Positions 8,969 through 19,369 of a stretch of 64,000 nucleotides of DNA are shown here, in pieces (within the stretch, counting starts at the first letter, position 1; every line of letters begins with the position of its first letter). The stretch comes from Smithellaceae bacterium (GTDB lineage: Bacteria > Desulfobacterota > Syntrophia > Syntrophales > Smithellaceae), in NCBI GenBank assembly GCA_963682015.1, contig OY820932.1, positions 354,804 through 418,803 on the forward strand. The letters are read 5' to 3'. The notes under the pieces are model-generated. The model worked only from the letters and a program-made list of their open reading frames with translations. It was not told the DNA's origin and searched no databases. The position numbers and the translations under genes were made by a program.

Positions 8969-10492
8969 ATGAAAAAAGCCGGATTTTTCTTCAAAATATA
9001 TCTTGGTTTCTGGTTGACCATCGTGATGGTGGCCGGTGTATTTGTTTACACGGAACGCCTCCTCACAACCGAACCGATGATTAAACACTGGAAAAGAAAT
9101 ATTGAAAACATCGTTTCTTTTCACGCTGAAGAAGCCGTGGCTATTTTCGAACGGGATGGCGGCGTTTCCTTAAAAAAGTATTTTCTGCGGCTGGAAGCGG
9201 CTACACACATGAAGGCCTATCTTTTCAGCGACCGGAAGATTGAAGTCACCGGCCAAAGCGTCCGGAACGATATTCTTGAACAGGTTGACGAATCACTGTT
9301 AAATAATCATCAAACACGCCAGAGAGAGGAAGATGTCGAAATCATCACCCAGACGGTCAAAAGCCCGAAAGGGCATATTTATGTGTTCGCAGCGGCATAT
9401 GCTCATCCAAAGCCCCCAGGATTGATGCCGGGACCGCCACCGCCAATGCGCTCATCAAATCACCCTCCGAACCAACCGTCTGCTCCACCGCGAATGACTC
9501 CGCCGCCTGGTCTCCCGTCTTTTTTCGGACCCGCGCCACAAGGTCTGTATCAGAACTTTTTCCTCCGCTTGTGCATCGGATTACTGGTTTCCGCCTTCAT
9601 TTGCTATCTGCTTGCCCGGTACCTGACCGGACCGATTTTCAAACTTCGCAACGCGACGAGACAACTTGCGGACGGTAATCTTTCCGTAAGAGTGAAACCG
9701 GAATTAAAAGGACGCCAGGATGAGCTTTCATCACTGGCCAGTGATTTTGATATAATGGCCGAACGTCTGGAAACCCTTGTAACCTCTCAACGCAACCTCC
9801 TGAGAGATGTCTCACATGAATTACGGTCCCCTCTGGCCCGGCTGAATGTGGCCTTGGAGCTGTGCCGGCAACATTCCGGAGAACCGGCGCAAAAGCACCT
9901 CGACAGGATGGCGCTGGAAACCCAGAGGCTGAATGAATTGATCGGACAAATCCTGACGTACAACAAAATGAACGCTCAAACCATGGAGGTTACAAAAACA
10001 TTGCTGGATCTTTCAGGACTTGTAAAACAAATCGTATCCGACGCCGCTTATGAAACAGGCGGTCCGCGAATATTGATTCAGGCTAACGAATCCATTCTGA
10101 TTGACGGAAATGAAGAGTTATTACGTAGAGCCATTGAAAACATTATTCGCAACGCCCTCTATCACACACCTGCAAACAGTGCCGTTGAAATATCTTCCAA
10201 GACCATGGTCCTTGAAGACAGGACCGCCGCTCACGTTATCATCCGTGACCATGGCAAAGGCGTCCCTTCGGAAGCATTGCCGCTAATCTTCAAACCCTTT
10301 TATAAACTCACGGGAGGCCGGGAACCAAAAACCGGTGCAGGACTGGGCCTGGCCATCAGCGAAGCAGCAATTCGCCTTCACCACGGTGTGATCCGGGCGC
10401 AAAATGCTGATGACGGCGGGCTAATCATGGAAATTATCCTGCCGGCAAGACCGCCCGTAACAGAGTCTCAAATGAATTGTATCGATCAATGA
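8969..10492 (+). CDS. Sensor histidine kinase (CpxA-like) with Pro-rich periplasmic insert
   Basis: Two TMs, HAMP, DVSHELRSPLARL, ENIIRNA, DHGKG, GAGLGL. Confidence 0.93.
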   Translation: MKKAGFFFKIYLGFWLTIVMVAGVFVYTERLLTTEPMIKHWKRNIENIVSFHAEEAVAIFERDGGVSLKKYFLRLEAATHMKAYLFSDRKIEVTGQSVRNDILEQVDESLLNNHQTRQREEDVEIITQTVKSPKGHIYVFAAAYAHPKPPGLMPGPPPPMRSSNHPPNQPSAPPRMTPPPGLPSFFGPAPQGLYQNFFLRLCIGLLVSAFICYLLARYLTGPIFKLRNATRQLADGNLSVRVKPELKGRQDELSSLASDFDIMAERLETLVTSQRNLLRDVSHELRSPLARLNVALELCRQHSGEPAQKHLDRMALETQRLNELIGQILTYNKMNAQTMEVTKTLLDLSGLVKQIVSDAAYETGGPRILIQANESILIDGNEELLRRAIENIIRNALYHTPANSAVEISSKTMVLEDRTAAHVIIRDHGKGVPSEALPLIFKPFYKLTGGREPKTGAGLGLAISEAAIRLHHGVIRAQNADDGGLIMEIILPARPPVTESQMNCIDQ

Positions 10493-10798
10493 AAGGATTA
10501 ACGGCGTCTCGCGGAATGTGACAGAGGCTATATAATTAAAAGAAGCAAAGCAAATGGCATAACTGATTCCTTCCTTAACGAGACTTTCATCAGATATCCG
10601 ACAATAACGGATCTTAAAAAAGTTCTCAGCAGCATGCTGATTCTGGAATCCTTATTTTTATGAAAAGTATACCCGACGGTTTTCTCTTACGGGCGAAAAC
10701 CCAGTTTTCTTTGGAAAAAAAACACAAAATATATGGTTTTCACTGATAAACGGTTGATTCACCTGTGTTTTCCCCACAAAAATACAGAAATAATTTTA

Positions 10799-10827
10799 TT
10801 GACAATCACTTTCACTTACTTTATTGT
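10799..10827 (+). promoter_or_regulatory. Sigma-70-type promoter of the OM beta-barrel gene
   Basis: TTGACA-N17-TATTGT; implies a leader of about 130 nt. Confidence 0.6.
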
Positions 10828-10962
10828 GCTCTCAATACAACGGGCAAAGAAATTTCGTTCTCTTTACAGGATATTGAATAAGGTTTTCAGGGAGATTCAA
10901 GGCAATTTACCCATGGTGGGTAAATACCTTAGTCAATTTAAAAAAAATTTAGGAGGAAAATT

Positions 10963-11574
10963 ATGAAGAGAAGAATTTTGGGTTATGTGGCCGTAATGGT
11001 CACGGTTATTTGTCTGTGCGCTGCTCCGTCATTTGCAGCGGACAACTTTAAAATCGGCGTCGGTTATCAGGGTATGTTCAGTGGCAATATGATGAACGGT
11101 CTGTCCGTACGCAGCTGGTTCGGCCCCAGCACCGCCATCGGTGTGGAAGCCAATGTGTTTTACGGCAACCTGAAGGGCACCGGCACGATTCAGCCGATCA
11201 GCTATCTGTCCGCAGATCTGAATGCCAATGCATGGATGGTAGAACTCAAAGCCATGTACGCTTTCATCGTGAGACAGAACAGCCGCTTCTATGCTGGCGC
11301 AAAATTCGCTTATGGCCAGTATGACGCGAACGTCGCTTTCCAGAGCTATGAAATTGGCGATGTGAAGGGCAAACTCTACATTCCCGGCATCCTGGTGGGC
11401 GCTGAATGGAATTTCCCGGCACTGCCCGAAGTGGCCTTCAACTTTGAAGTTGGCTACAATTACGTGATCAACAACAATACCGCTTCTTCTCAGCTCATTC
11501 CCGCCTACTCGGTGGATGTTGACCTGAAAATGCACGGCATCAATGTTGGCGCGGGCATCAAATACATGTTCTAG
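10963..11574 (+). CDS. Outer-membrane beta-barrel protein
   Basis: Signal peptide (SFA|A), amphipathic strands, C-terminal GIKYMF BAM motif; RBS AGGAGG. Confidence 0.8.
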   Translation: MKRRILGYVAVMVTVICLCAAPSFAADNFKIGVGYQGMFSGNMMNGLSVRSWFGPSTAIGVEANVFYGNLKGTGTIQPISYLSADLNANAWMVELKAMYAFIVRQNSRFYAGAKFAYGQYDANVAFQSYEIGDVKGKLYIPGILVGAEWNFPALPEVAFNFEVGYNYVINNNTASSQLIPAYSVDVDLKMHGINVGAGIKYMF

Positions 11575-11597
11575 ACTTTAACGTCTGAACTGTAAAC

Positions 11598-11631
11598 AAA
11601 CCCTGTGACTTCGCAGTCACAGGGTTTTTTT
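11598..11631 (+). terminator. Rho-independent terminator
   Basis: AAACCCTGTGACT-tcgc-AGTCACAGGGTTT followed by a T-run. Confidence 0.9.
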
Positions 11632-11719
11632 ATTTTCTTACCCGCCCTTCATCATTTCATGATTGACGAACCAAACAAAACACGGCATGATTTTAAACCA
11701 GAAAAAATGAGGTTAAATC

Positions 11720-14700
11720 ATGCGGCATATCGTTGGGATAGATATTGGTTCGGTCGCGCTGTCCATCGTTGTCCTGAATGAAAAAGGTACCATTACCCAT
11801 TCATCCTACAACTTTCACCGCGGCGCCATCAACGAAACACTTCATTCAATGCTTGCGGCAATAGACATCCATATTGTGGCTGGCATCGCCATGACGTCGT
11901 CCGGTCCCGATATTTTCGAAAACGTGACACGGTACGACACACAGATCGCCATGATTGCCGCAGTAAAGAGATATCACCATGAAGCCGGCAGCATTCTGTT
12001 TGTCGGCGGAGAAAATTTCGGTCTGATTACGTTCAATAAAGAAGGAGATTATGAACGGTTCCGTTCCAACTCGTCCTGTGCGGCCGGAACTGGCAGCTTT
12101 CTGGATCAGCAGGCCAAACGGCTCAACCTGAAAAGCATTGAGACGCTCAGCACCGTTGCTTTCTGCAATCAGGGTATCACACCGAAAATAGCCACTCGCT
12201 GTGCGGTTTTCGCCAAAACGGATCTGATTCACGCCCAGCAGGAAGGATATTCCGTGGGCCAGATCAGCGATGGACTTTGCGAAGGACTGGCCAAAAACGT
12301 TCTGGACGCGCTGATTCCTGATTCGAATATCTACACACCTCTTGTTCTGGCGGGAGGTGTTTCAATGAATTCCGCCGTGGTCAAGCATTTCCGTAATCTC
12401 CTGCAGACGGAACCACTTATCGGAGAGTACAGTCATCTCTATGGAGCAATCGGCGCGGCCCTGCTTTATCTGGAAGAAACATCGCCCGTTCCACGTTCCA
12501 TAAAATCATGGAATGATCTTTTCATTAAAGAGACCCGAGAAAAAACATACGGTTATCCACCCCTCCAACTGGTTCTTTCGACGTATCCGGCATTCACCAC
12601 CGACGCCAGTTACTTGTATCAACCGGGTAACAATTCCTCCGCCGTTGAAGTGGATATTTATCAGCTCTTACCGGAACGACAAAACGTATACCTGGGTATT
12701 GATATCGGCTCCACCAGCACCAAGGCGGTTTTGATCGATCATCAGAATGTTGTCCTGGTCGGGCTGTATACACAAACCTCGGGCCAGCCTGTCAAAGCCA
12801 TTCAGGCCATCCTGGAGGCTATTGACGATATCGCCCGCAAAAAGAACTGTACCTTCATATTTAACGGTGTCGGCGCGACCGGCTCGGGCCGCAAATTTAT
12901 CGGCCGAATCATCAACGCCGATTTGATCATCGACGAAATCACCGCGCACGCGCGCGCCGCCTATGAACTCAATAATGAAGCGGATACCATCATTGAGATC
13001 GGCGGTCAGGACGCCAAATTCACCACCATGAAGAATGGCATGGTCACATCTTCCGTCATGAACAATGTCTGCGCCGCAGGCACCGGTAGTTTTATCGAAG
13101 AACAGGCCATTAAGCTGGGGGTTGCGTTGACCGACTACGCCACCCGGGCTCTGAATACTCCGTCGCCGATCTCCAGCGATCGCTGCACCGTTTTCATGGA
13201 ACGCGACATCAATAATTATCTGACGGAAGGATACACCGTTGACGAAGTGCTGGCCAGCGTTCTGCATTCCGTTTGTGAAAATTATCTGACCAAAGTCGCC
13301 GTGGAAGCCAATATCGGTCAGAGCATCTGTTTTCAAGGAGCTACGGCCCGCAACCAGGCGCTGGTGGCCGCTTTCGAACAGCGTCTGAGAAAACCCATCT
13401 TCGTTTCCATGTTCTGCCATTTGACCGGCGCTCTGGGCAGCGCGCTCATCCTGGCGGAAAATGCCGTTCGGCATTCAGCTTTCCGGGGCCTTGCTCTTCA
13501 TCATGAAAGCATCCCCGTGGAAAACGAAGTCTGTGAACTGTGCTACAACAATTGCAAAATCAACAAAGTTACCGTTCAGGGAGAAACAGTCGCCTTCGGC
13601 TTTCTGTGTGGACGCGACTATGACACCAAACGATACGTCGGCGCCGCCAAAAAGCAATACGATCTGATCAAAGAACGCGACAAGGTGTTTCCTCCCGCCA
13701 AACAACACTCCCGCTACAAAAAAGCGGTTAGGATCGGCATTCCCAATGCTCTGTATCTGACGGAAGAAATGCCGCTCTGGAAACATTTTTTCGCCACCCT
13801 GGGCGTGGAAATCATCACATCGGAAGGACTGAAGAACGCCATCAAGACCGGCAAGAAAGCGGCCGGCGCGGAATTCTGCGCGCCGATGAACGCCTTTTTT
13901 GGCCACGTGCAGCACCTGGCCGATAAATGCGATTGCATTTTTCTGCCGATCTATCTGGAAGCTCCCAAGCAGAAGGACGAAGATTATCGTTACTATTGTT
14001 ACTACACCCAGTTCGCGGCCACAATTGCCGCGGGCCTGAAAAGTCTGAAGCTGACCGGAAAGGCGGTCATGCCGGTGATTGACCATCACTCATTTCAATC
14101 GCGCATCGAACTCTTTTCCATTCTTAAAACCATTATCAACACCGGGTACTGGGAAATATACAACGCTTACGAGGCCGCTCTGGCCTATTACAACGAAGGC
14201 CGCAACAACCTCGTCAACATTTATCACCGGGAAAAACCGGCGGAAGATAACATCAGCGTGGCGCTTCTCGGAAGACCTTACGCCATCATGCAGAACTCAA
14301 TGAACAAGGGAATCCCGGACATTTTCAGCACGCTCGGCATCAAGACTTTTTATCAGGACATGCTGCCCGTGGAACGGGAGGATCTGTCTGAAATAGCCCC
14401 CCTGCTGAAACGAATGCACTGGAATCACGCCGCACGGATTTTAAAAGCCACACTTGTCGCGGCCCGCACGCGGGGTCTCTATCCGGTATACGTGACCTCG
14501 TTTAAATGCAGCCCGGATTCCTTTACCCTGGAATACTTCAAGCGCATTATGGATAAATACGGGAAACCGTATCTCATTCTGGAGCTGGATGAACACGACT
14601 CGAATGTCGGCTACGAAACTCGCATCGAGGCAGCCGTCCGCTCCTTCAACAATCACCATACAAGCAAAAACCTTAAGCTCGTTCCATCACGCGTGCTGCC

Positions 14701-15907
14701 TCTGAATTCGGAAAGCACGTCCAAAATCAAGGATAAGACTTTGCTCTTCCCCTGCCTAGATCCCATTAACTCCAAACTGCTGGAGGCCGTGTTCATCCGG
14801 GAAGGCATAGATGCAAGAATGGTCCCGCTCACGGAAAAAAACATTCAGCGGGGATTGCGCACCAACACCGGACAGTGCCTGCCCGTTAACCTGATCGCGC
14901 AGAGTTATATGGACTACATCGAAGAAAACCTGCTGGATCCGGCCGAAACCGTTGGCTGGATTTTCGACAGTCATGTGGCCTGCAACATCCGCCTGTATCC
15001 CGAACTGATCAAGGGGATTATGGAATCCACGGGACACGGCATGGAAAAAGTCGACATGTATATTGGAAGCATGGTGCTTTCCGACATCTCGATGCAGGCC
15101 TCCATTGAAGCCTACTTCGCCCATATGTTCGGTGGTATGCTTCGTAAAATCGGCTGCAAAATTCGTCCTTACGAAAAAGAACAAGGCGTGACGGATAAAG
15201 TCATCGCCCAATCCGTGACAATCCTTTATAATACGCTCCTGGGCAGCCGTAGTAAGGACGATGACCTGGCCCGTGTGATTCATCTGTTTAAGAAGATCGA
15301 CACAATCCCCGGCAAACGCCCCAAAGTCGCTATTTTCGGCGATCTCTATGCCCGCGACAACGACATCTTCAATCAGGATCTGATGCACTGCATTGAATCT
15401 TATGGAGGAGAAGTCATCACTACTCCGTTCAGCGAGTTCGCCAAACTCATTGCCGCACCTTACATGAAACGCTGGCTGATTGAAGGCGAGTATATGGATG
15501 TATTATTTACCAAAACGCTGATCACACTCATCAATCAACTGGATAAAAGCTACTATCGAATATTCAATGAGGTGCTCAATGAACCCGCGCTGGATCTGGA
15601 CATCGACTATAAGAAGATATACGAGTACTTTGGTCTTACCGTACAGCATTACGGAGAGTCCGCCGACAATCTGCTGAAAATCGCGGCGTTGATCCGGCAT
15701 TATCCTGACCTGTCACTCTTCGTGCAAACCAATCCCGCTTTCTGCTGCGCGGGCCTTGTCACGGAAGCCATGTCGGCGCGCATTGAAGAATATACGGGTG
15801 TGCCGGTTGTGACACTGAACTACGACGGCACCGGCAAAAATATCAACTCAAAAATTAGTCCCTATATTAAATTTCCGCGAAAAAAAACGGCGGCGCGGAA
15901 CATGTGA
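11720..15907 (+). CDS. Large acyl-CoA dehydratase activase fusion (two BadF/BcrAD-type ATPase domains + DUF2229-like domains)
   Basis: Two GIDIGS motifs, two CAAGTGSF..QA and C(A/T)VF Fe-S motifs, EFCAP, SFKCSPDSF, ELDEH and GQCLP. Confidence 0.85.
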   Translation: MRHIVGIDIGSVALSIVVLNEKGTITHSSYNFHRGAINETLHSMLAAIDIHIVAGIAMTSSGPDIFENVTRYDTQIAMIAAVKRYHHEAGSILFVGGENFGLITFNKEGDYERFRSNSSCAAGTGSFLDQQAKRLNLKSIETLSTVAFCNQGITPKIATRCAVFAKTDLIHAQQEGYSVGQISDGLCEGLAKNVLDALIPDSNIYTPLVLAGGVSMNSAVVKHFRNLLQTEPLIGEYSHLYGAIGAALLYLEETSPVPRSIKSWNDLFIKETREKTYGYPPLQLVLSTYPAFTTDASYLYQPGNNSSAVEVDIYQLLPERQNVYLGIDIGSTSTKAVLIDHQNVVLVGLYTQTSGQPVKAIQAILEAIDDIARKKNCTFIFNGVGATGSGRKFIGRIINADLIIDEITAHARAAYELNNEADTIIEIGGQDAKFTTMKNGMVTSSVMNNVCAAGTGSFIEEQAIKLGVALTDYATRALNTPSPISSDRCTVFMERDINNYLTEGYTVDEVLASVLHSVCENYLTKVAVEANIGQSICFQGATARNQALVAAFEQRLRKPIFVSMFCHLTGALGSALILAENAVRHSAFRGLALHHESIPVENEVCELCYNNCKINKVTVQGETVAFGFLCGRDYDTKRYVGAAKKQYDLIKERDKVFPPAKQHSRYKKAVRIGIPNALYLTEEMPLWKHFFATLGVEIITSEGLKNAIKTGKKAAGAEFCAPMNAFFGHVQHLADKCDCIFLPIYLEAPKQKDEDYRYYCYYTQFAATIAAGLKSLKLTGKAVMPVIDHHSFQSRIELFSILKTIINTGYWEIYNAYEAALAYYNEGRNNLVNIYHREKPAEDNISVALLGRPYAIMQNSMNKGIPDIFSTLGIKTFYQDMLPVEREDLSEIAPLLKRMHWNHAARILKATLVAARTRGLYPVYVTSFKCSPDSFTLEYFKRIMDKYGKPYLILELDEHDSNVGYETRIEAAVRSFNNHHTSKNLKLVPSRVLPLNSESTSKIKDKTLLFPCLDPINSKLLEAVFIREGIDARMVPLTEKNIQRGLRTNTGQCLPVNLIAQSYMDYIEENLLDPAETVGWIFDSHVACNIRLYPELIKGIMESTGHGMEKVDMYIGSMVLSDISMQASIEAYFAHMFGGMLRKIGCKIRPYEKEQGVTDKVIAQSVTILYNTLLGSRSKDDDLARVIHLFKKIDTIPGKRPKVAIFGDLYARDNDIFNQDLMHCIESYGGEVITTPFSEFAKLIAAPYMKRWLIEGEYMDVLFTKTLITLINQLDKSYYRIFNEVLNEPALDLDIDYKKIYEYFGLTVQHYGESADNLLKIAALIRHYPDLSLFVQTNPAFCCAGLVTEAMSARIEEYTGVPVVTLNYDGTGKNINSKISPYIKFPRKKTAARNM

Positions 15908-16021
15908 AAGGACTTTTTCCCATGCACTTTGGAGGATTTCAGGTTATAATTTCAGCGGCAAACAGTGTGGGTTAGAAAGTTTTCATGAACCGAATCATCA
16001 GAAAATGAAACGAATACCGTT

Positions 16022-17737
16022 ATGACTTTACGGACCAAGCCGGCAAACCTTTTGTACGATGTTGATGAGAACCCCGGAATCGGGGCTCTGTTGATGCTTG
16101 GTGTTCAGCATATTTTCATTATCACGATCGCGTTCGTTTTTCCGGTGCTCATCGTGGACGCCATTGGAGGCCCCGAGCACGACGCCCGCCATCTGATCTC
16201 CATGACCATGCTTATTTCAGGCATCGCCACCATTCTGCAGGGCCTGAACAGAGGCCCGGTGGGTTCCGGCTATCTGTGCCCGCTCCTGAATGGACCGGCC
16301 TTTTTATCCGCGTCCATTCTGGCCGGTAAAAGCGGCGGGCTGTCCCTGATCTTCGGCATGACATTTCTCGGAGGCATTTTCGAGGCTTTCTTTTCCCGGG
16401 TGGCAGTCAGAATGCGGGCATTGTTTCCCGCGGAAGTCACCGGCACTATCGTAACCATGGTGGGCATCGAGGTAATCCCTTTCGCCATGAAACGATTCGT
16501 CGGCATAGATGCCGTTCATGCGGCGCCGGACGCGATGGAATCGGCCATCGCACTCGCGACGCTTGCCACCATGGTTGGTCTTACCGTATGGGGAAAAGGT
16601 AAATTCCGGCTTTATTCCGTATTGATCGGCATGTTCATCGGATACACGCTCTCCTTTTTCCTCGGCATACTGGGACCGGAACAGTTTAAACACTTCGGTG
16701 ATTCGCCGTGGCTTTCCTGGCCCGCGCCCGGTTCATACGGCATGTCCTTCAGTATGGCGCTGCTGATTCCGTTTATAGTCGCCGCCCTCTCCTCTGCACT
16801 GAAAACCATGGGAGATCTGACCACCTGCCAGAAAATCAACGACGCCGATTGGAAGCGACCGGATATGAAATCCATCAGCAAAGGCATCTTGGCCTGCGGC
16901 TGCGGCAACATTATGTCCGGCATGGCCGGTGCGCTGGGCCAGTCTCCCTCTTCCAGCAATATCGGCCTTTCGATTGCCACAGGCGCAACCAGCCGGGTCA
17001 TCGCTTACGCAACCGGAGGCATCCTCATCGCACTGGCTTTCCTGCCAAAAATCGCCGCAATCTTTGTTATCATGCCGACGCCCGTCATGGGCGCAAGCCT
17101 CGTCTTCGCCGCCAGTTTCATGGTGATTGCCGGAATCCAGATCATGCTCTCACGCATGATTGACGCCAGAAAAACCTTCGTCATCGGGACATCCATCGTC
17201 TTCGGGCTGAGCGTGGATTTTATTCCGGGCCTGTATGCCAACCTGCCCGATTTTATCCGGCCCTTTTTCCAGTCTTCCCTTTCCCTGGCAACACTGTCCG
17301 CCATCATCCTGAACCTGTTCATGCGAATTGGCATCTCCAGGACCGCCCGCATGGAACTGGTTCCTGGTATTGATTCATCCGATAAAATCTTTACTTTCAT
17401 GGAAAAGCAGGGCAGTCTCTGGGGTGCCATGCCGGACGTGATTGACCGGGCAGCCGCCGCCATCAATGAAACGTTCGAAGCGGCGGAAGCCAAATCAGCC
17501 GCACAAGGCCCCCTGCAAATATCCGTCTCTTTCGATGAGTTCAACGTCGATGTCGAAATCCTCTACAGGGGGAAAATCATGGTCTTTACGGACGTAAAAC
17601 CATCAGAGGAAGAAATCATTCACTCTCCGGAAGGCATCGCGAAACTTTCCCTGTATCTGATCCATAAAAATGCGGACAGAGTGGAATCCTTCGCTGAAAA
17701 CGGGCATTGTCATATCAAACTTCACTATAATCATTGA
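16022..17737 (+). CDS. NCS2 (xanthine/uracil permease family) transporter with C-terminal cytoplasmic domain
   Basis: TM1 QH motif, NAT-like signature SSSNIGLSIATG, many TMs, and a soluble extension of about 130 aa. Confidence 0.85.
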   Translation: MTLRTKPANLLYDVDENPGIGALLMLGVQHIFIITIAFVFPVLIVDAIGGPEHDARHLISMTMLISGIATILQGLNRGPVGSGYLCPLLNGPAFLSASILAGKSGGLSLIFGMTFLGGIFEAFFSRVAVRMRALFPAEVTGTIVTMVGIEVIPFAMKRFVGIDAVHAAPDAMESAIALATLATMVGLTVWGKGKFRLYSVLIGMFIGYTLSFFLGILGPEQFKHFGDSPWLSWPAPGSYGMSFSMALLIPFIVAALSSALKTMGDLTTCQKINDADWKRPDMKSISKGILACGCGNIMSGMAGALGQSPSSSNIGLSIATGATSRVIAYATGGILIALAFLPKIAAIFVIMPTPVMGASLVFAASFMVIAGIQIMLSRMIDARKTFVIGTSIVFGLSVDFIPGLYANLPDFIRPFFQSSLSLATLSAIILNLFMRIGISRTARMELVPGIDSSDKIFTFMEKQGSLWGAMPDVIDRAAAAINETFEAAEAKSAAQGPLQISVSFDEFNVDVEILYRGKIMVFTDVKPSEEEIIHSPEGIAKLSLYLIHKNADRVESFAENGHCHIKLHYNH

Positions 17738-17756
17738 AAGGATCCTTGTACGGTTT

Positions 17757-18557
17757 ATGAAAATAAATTCCATATCCGCCCGATACACGGCGGTCTGGAC
17801 CATTTTCTTTCTTTTTATCCTGCTCTTTCCATCAGCAGGCGTGGCTGCCGGCTGGTATATCCGTGGAGGCATTGGTTATGAGAAATCGCTGATCGCGAAT
17901 TTCTCTGATACGGATTGCACATCAACCCGACCACCGGCGCTGTTCGGTTGCGCCAACGGTGATGATGGAAAGGCCATCGGCGCCTACGGGGATTTCGGCT
18001 ACTTTCCAATGGCCGAAGCAGCCGCAGGCCGCCAGTTTCTACCCTGGCTCCGGGCCGACCTCTCCATGTCCTATCGCTTCTCAATGAATTACGACGGAAG
18101 AACCAATTTTCTTTCCGTCCGCCCTAACCAGCCTGTATCGGCTAAAGCGGATTCAATCAGCGGCATGGTGAATGTATTTATCGACTTCAATGGCTTTCTG
18201 CCCGATAAAATCTTATGGCGTTTCCAACCTTATGCGGGCGGCGGTGTCGGTCTGTCCTATAATCGTGTCGGACAGATGACTTTTCTGTTCCCGGATAATC
18301 AGGGTAAACACAAGATCAGTATCACACCATCCGGAGATCGGAAGAACCTTGCCTACATGCTGGCCATCGGCACAGGTGTCATTCTGACCGAACATCTCAG
18401 CATGGACTTCGCCTACCGCTATTTCGATCTCGGCCGGGTGGAAACATCTCCGGGCAACATGTTTATGGATGTCAAACCTGCGGGAATTGCCATTAACGGC
18501 ATCGAATCTCCCATACGGTTACATGGCCTGTCGGTTGGACTGCGTTATATGTTTTAG
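17757..18557 (+). CDS. Outer-membrane beta-barrel (opacity/OmpA-like TM)
   Basis: Signal peptide, FQPYAGGGVG, YRYFDLG, C-terminal GLRYMF. Confidence 0.8.
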   Translation: MKINSISARYTAVWTIFFLFILLFPSAGVAAGWYIRGGIGYEKSLIANFSDTDCTSTRPPALFGCANGDDGKAIGAYGDFGYFPMAEAAAGRQFLPWLRADLSMSYRFSMNYDGRTNFLSVRPNQPVSAKADSISGMVNVFIDFNGFLPDKILWRFQPYAGGGVGLSYNRVGQMTFLFPDNQGKHKISITPSGDRKNLAYMLAIGTGVILTEHLSMDFAYRYFDLGRVETSPGNMFMDVKPAGIAINGIESPIRLHGLSVGLRYMF

Positions 18558-18617
18558 CCGTTATGCTGATGGTTCAAACAGATTGTTTTTTTTCACTTAC
18601 AGAAACGAGACCTGATC

Positions 18618-19304
18618 ATGAAATACAGACACATTCTTTTTGCCACTTGCACCGCAATATTCTTTTCAATGCTTACCGGCTGTGCCGGTCCGGCGCGTTA
18701 CGAACCCTCCGCAGGCCAGGGCCCCCTCGTGCTTATGATTTCAGGAATAAGTGGTCCGACCCTGTACAGTGAGTTTGCAAAACGCCTTGCTCATTCCGGT
18801 TACCGTGTCATTCTTTTTGACGGCAATGATTTCCCGATTGACCGGCCGGATGCCTGCCGGGCAAAAATTCTGAAAATCATAAAAGATCAGTCTCCGGATG
18901 CGACCGCCAAAGCGGCTGTTGTGGGCTATTCCCTGGGGGGAGCCGTGGCCCTTTCCTGCGCCGCATCCCTGCCGGATCATGTCGCCGCCGTTATTGCATA
19001 CTATCCCGCAACAAGATTCATCACTGATCAAAACGCCTGCATCGACGGTCTTCGCGTCCCCCTCCTCGTCCTGCAGGGGGAAGATGACAACTACTTTAAC
19101 TGCTGCAGGGTGGAAATCATTAGCGGAATGCTGGAGAAAGCCCGGGAAAAGGGACGGGATGTGGAACTGATCGTATATCCTCATGCGGGTCACGGCTTTA
19201 ACCTGGGCCCGATGAAAAACAAAGAACTGGATGCGGACTCCTGGCGCAGAACCATGGAATCTCTTAAAAAATACCTGTTCGGAATATCAGATGCAAAGTC
19301 ATAG
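18618..19304 (+). CDS. Dienelactone hydrolase-family alpha/beta hydrolase, lipoprotein
   Basis: Lipobox LTGC; GYSLGG nucleophile, GEDD, YPHAGHGF. Confidence 0.85.
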   Translation: MKYRHILFATCTAIFFSMLTGCAGPARYEPSAGQGPLVLMISGISGPTLYSEFAKRLAHSGYRVILFDGNDFPIDRPDACRAKILKIIKDQSPDATAKAAVVGYSLGGAVALSCAASLPDHVAAVIAYYPATRFITDQNACIDGLRVPLLVLQGEDDNYFNCCRVEIISGMLEKAREKGRDVELIVYPHAGHGFNLGPMKNKELDADSWRRTMESLKKYLFGISDAKS

Positions 19305-19369
19305 CCGCACGAACGATATCCGCTTGCTACATATTTTAATATTTTAGATGGGTAAGTTTACTGAACGAT

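Noticed and set aside
10493-10962. Cyclic-dinucleotide riboswitch upstream of the beta-barrel gene (GGGCAAA, GGGCGAAA)
   Set aside because: The downstream GNRA/receptor stems and GACGCAAAGC-type core are missing.
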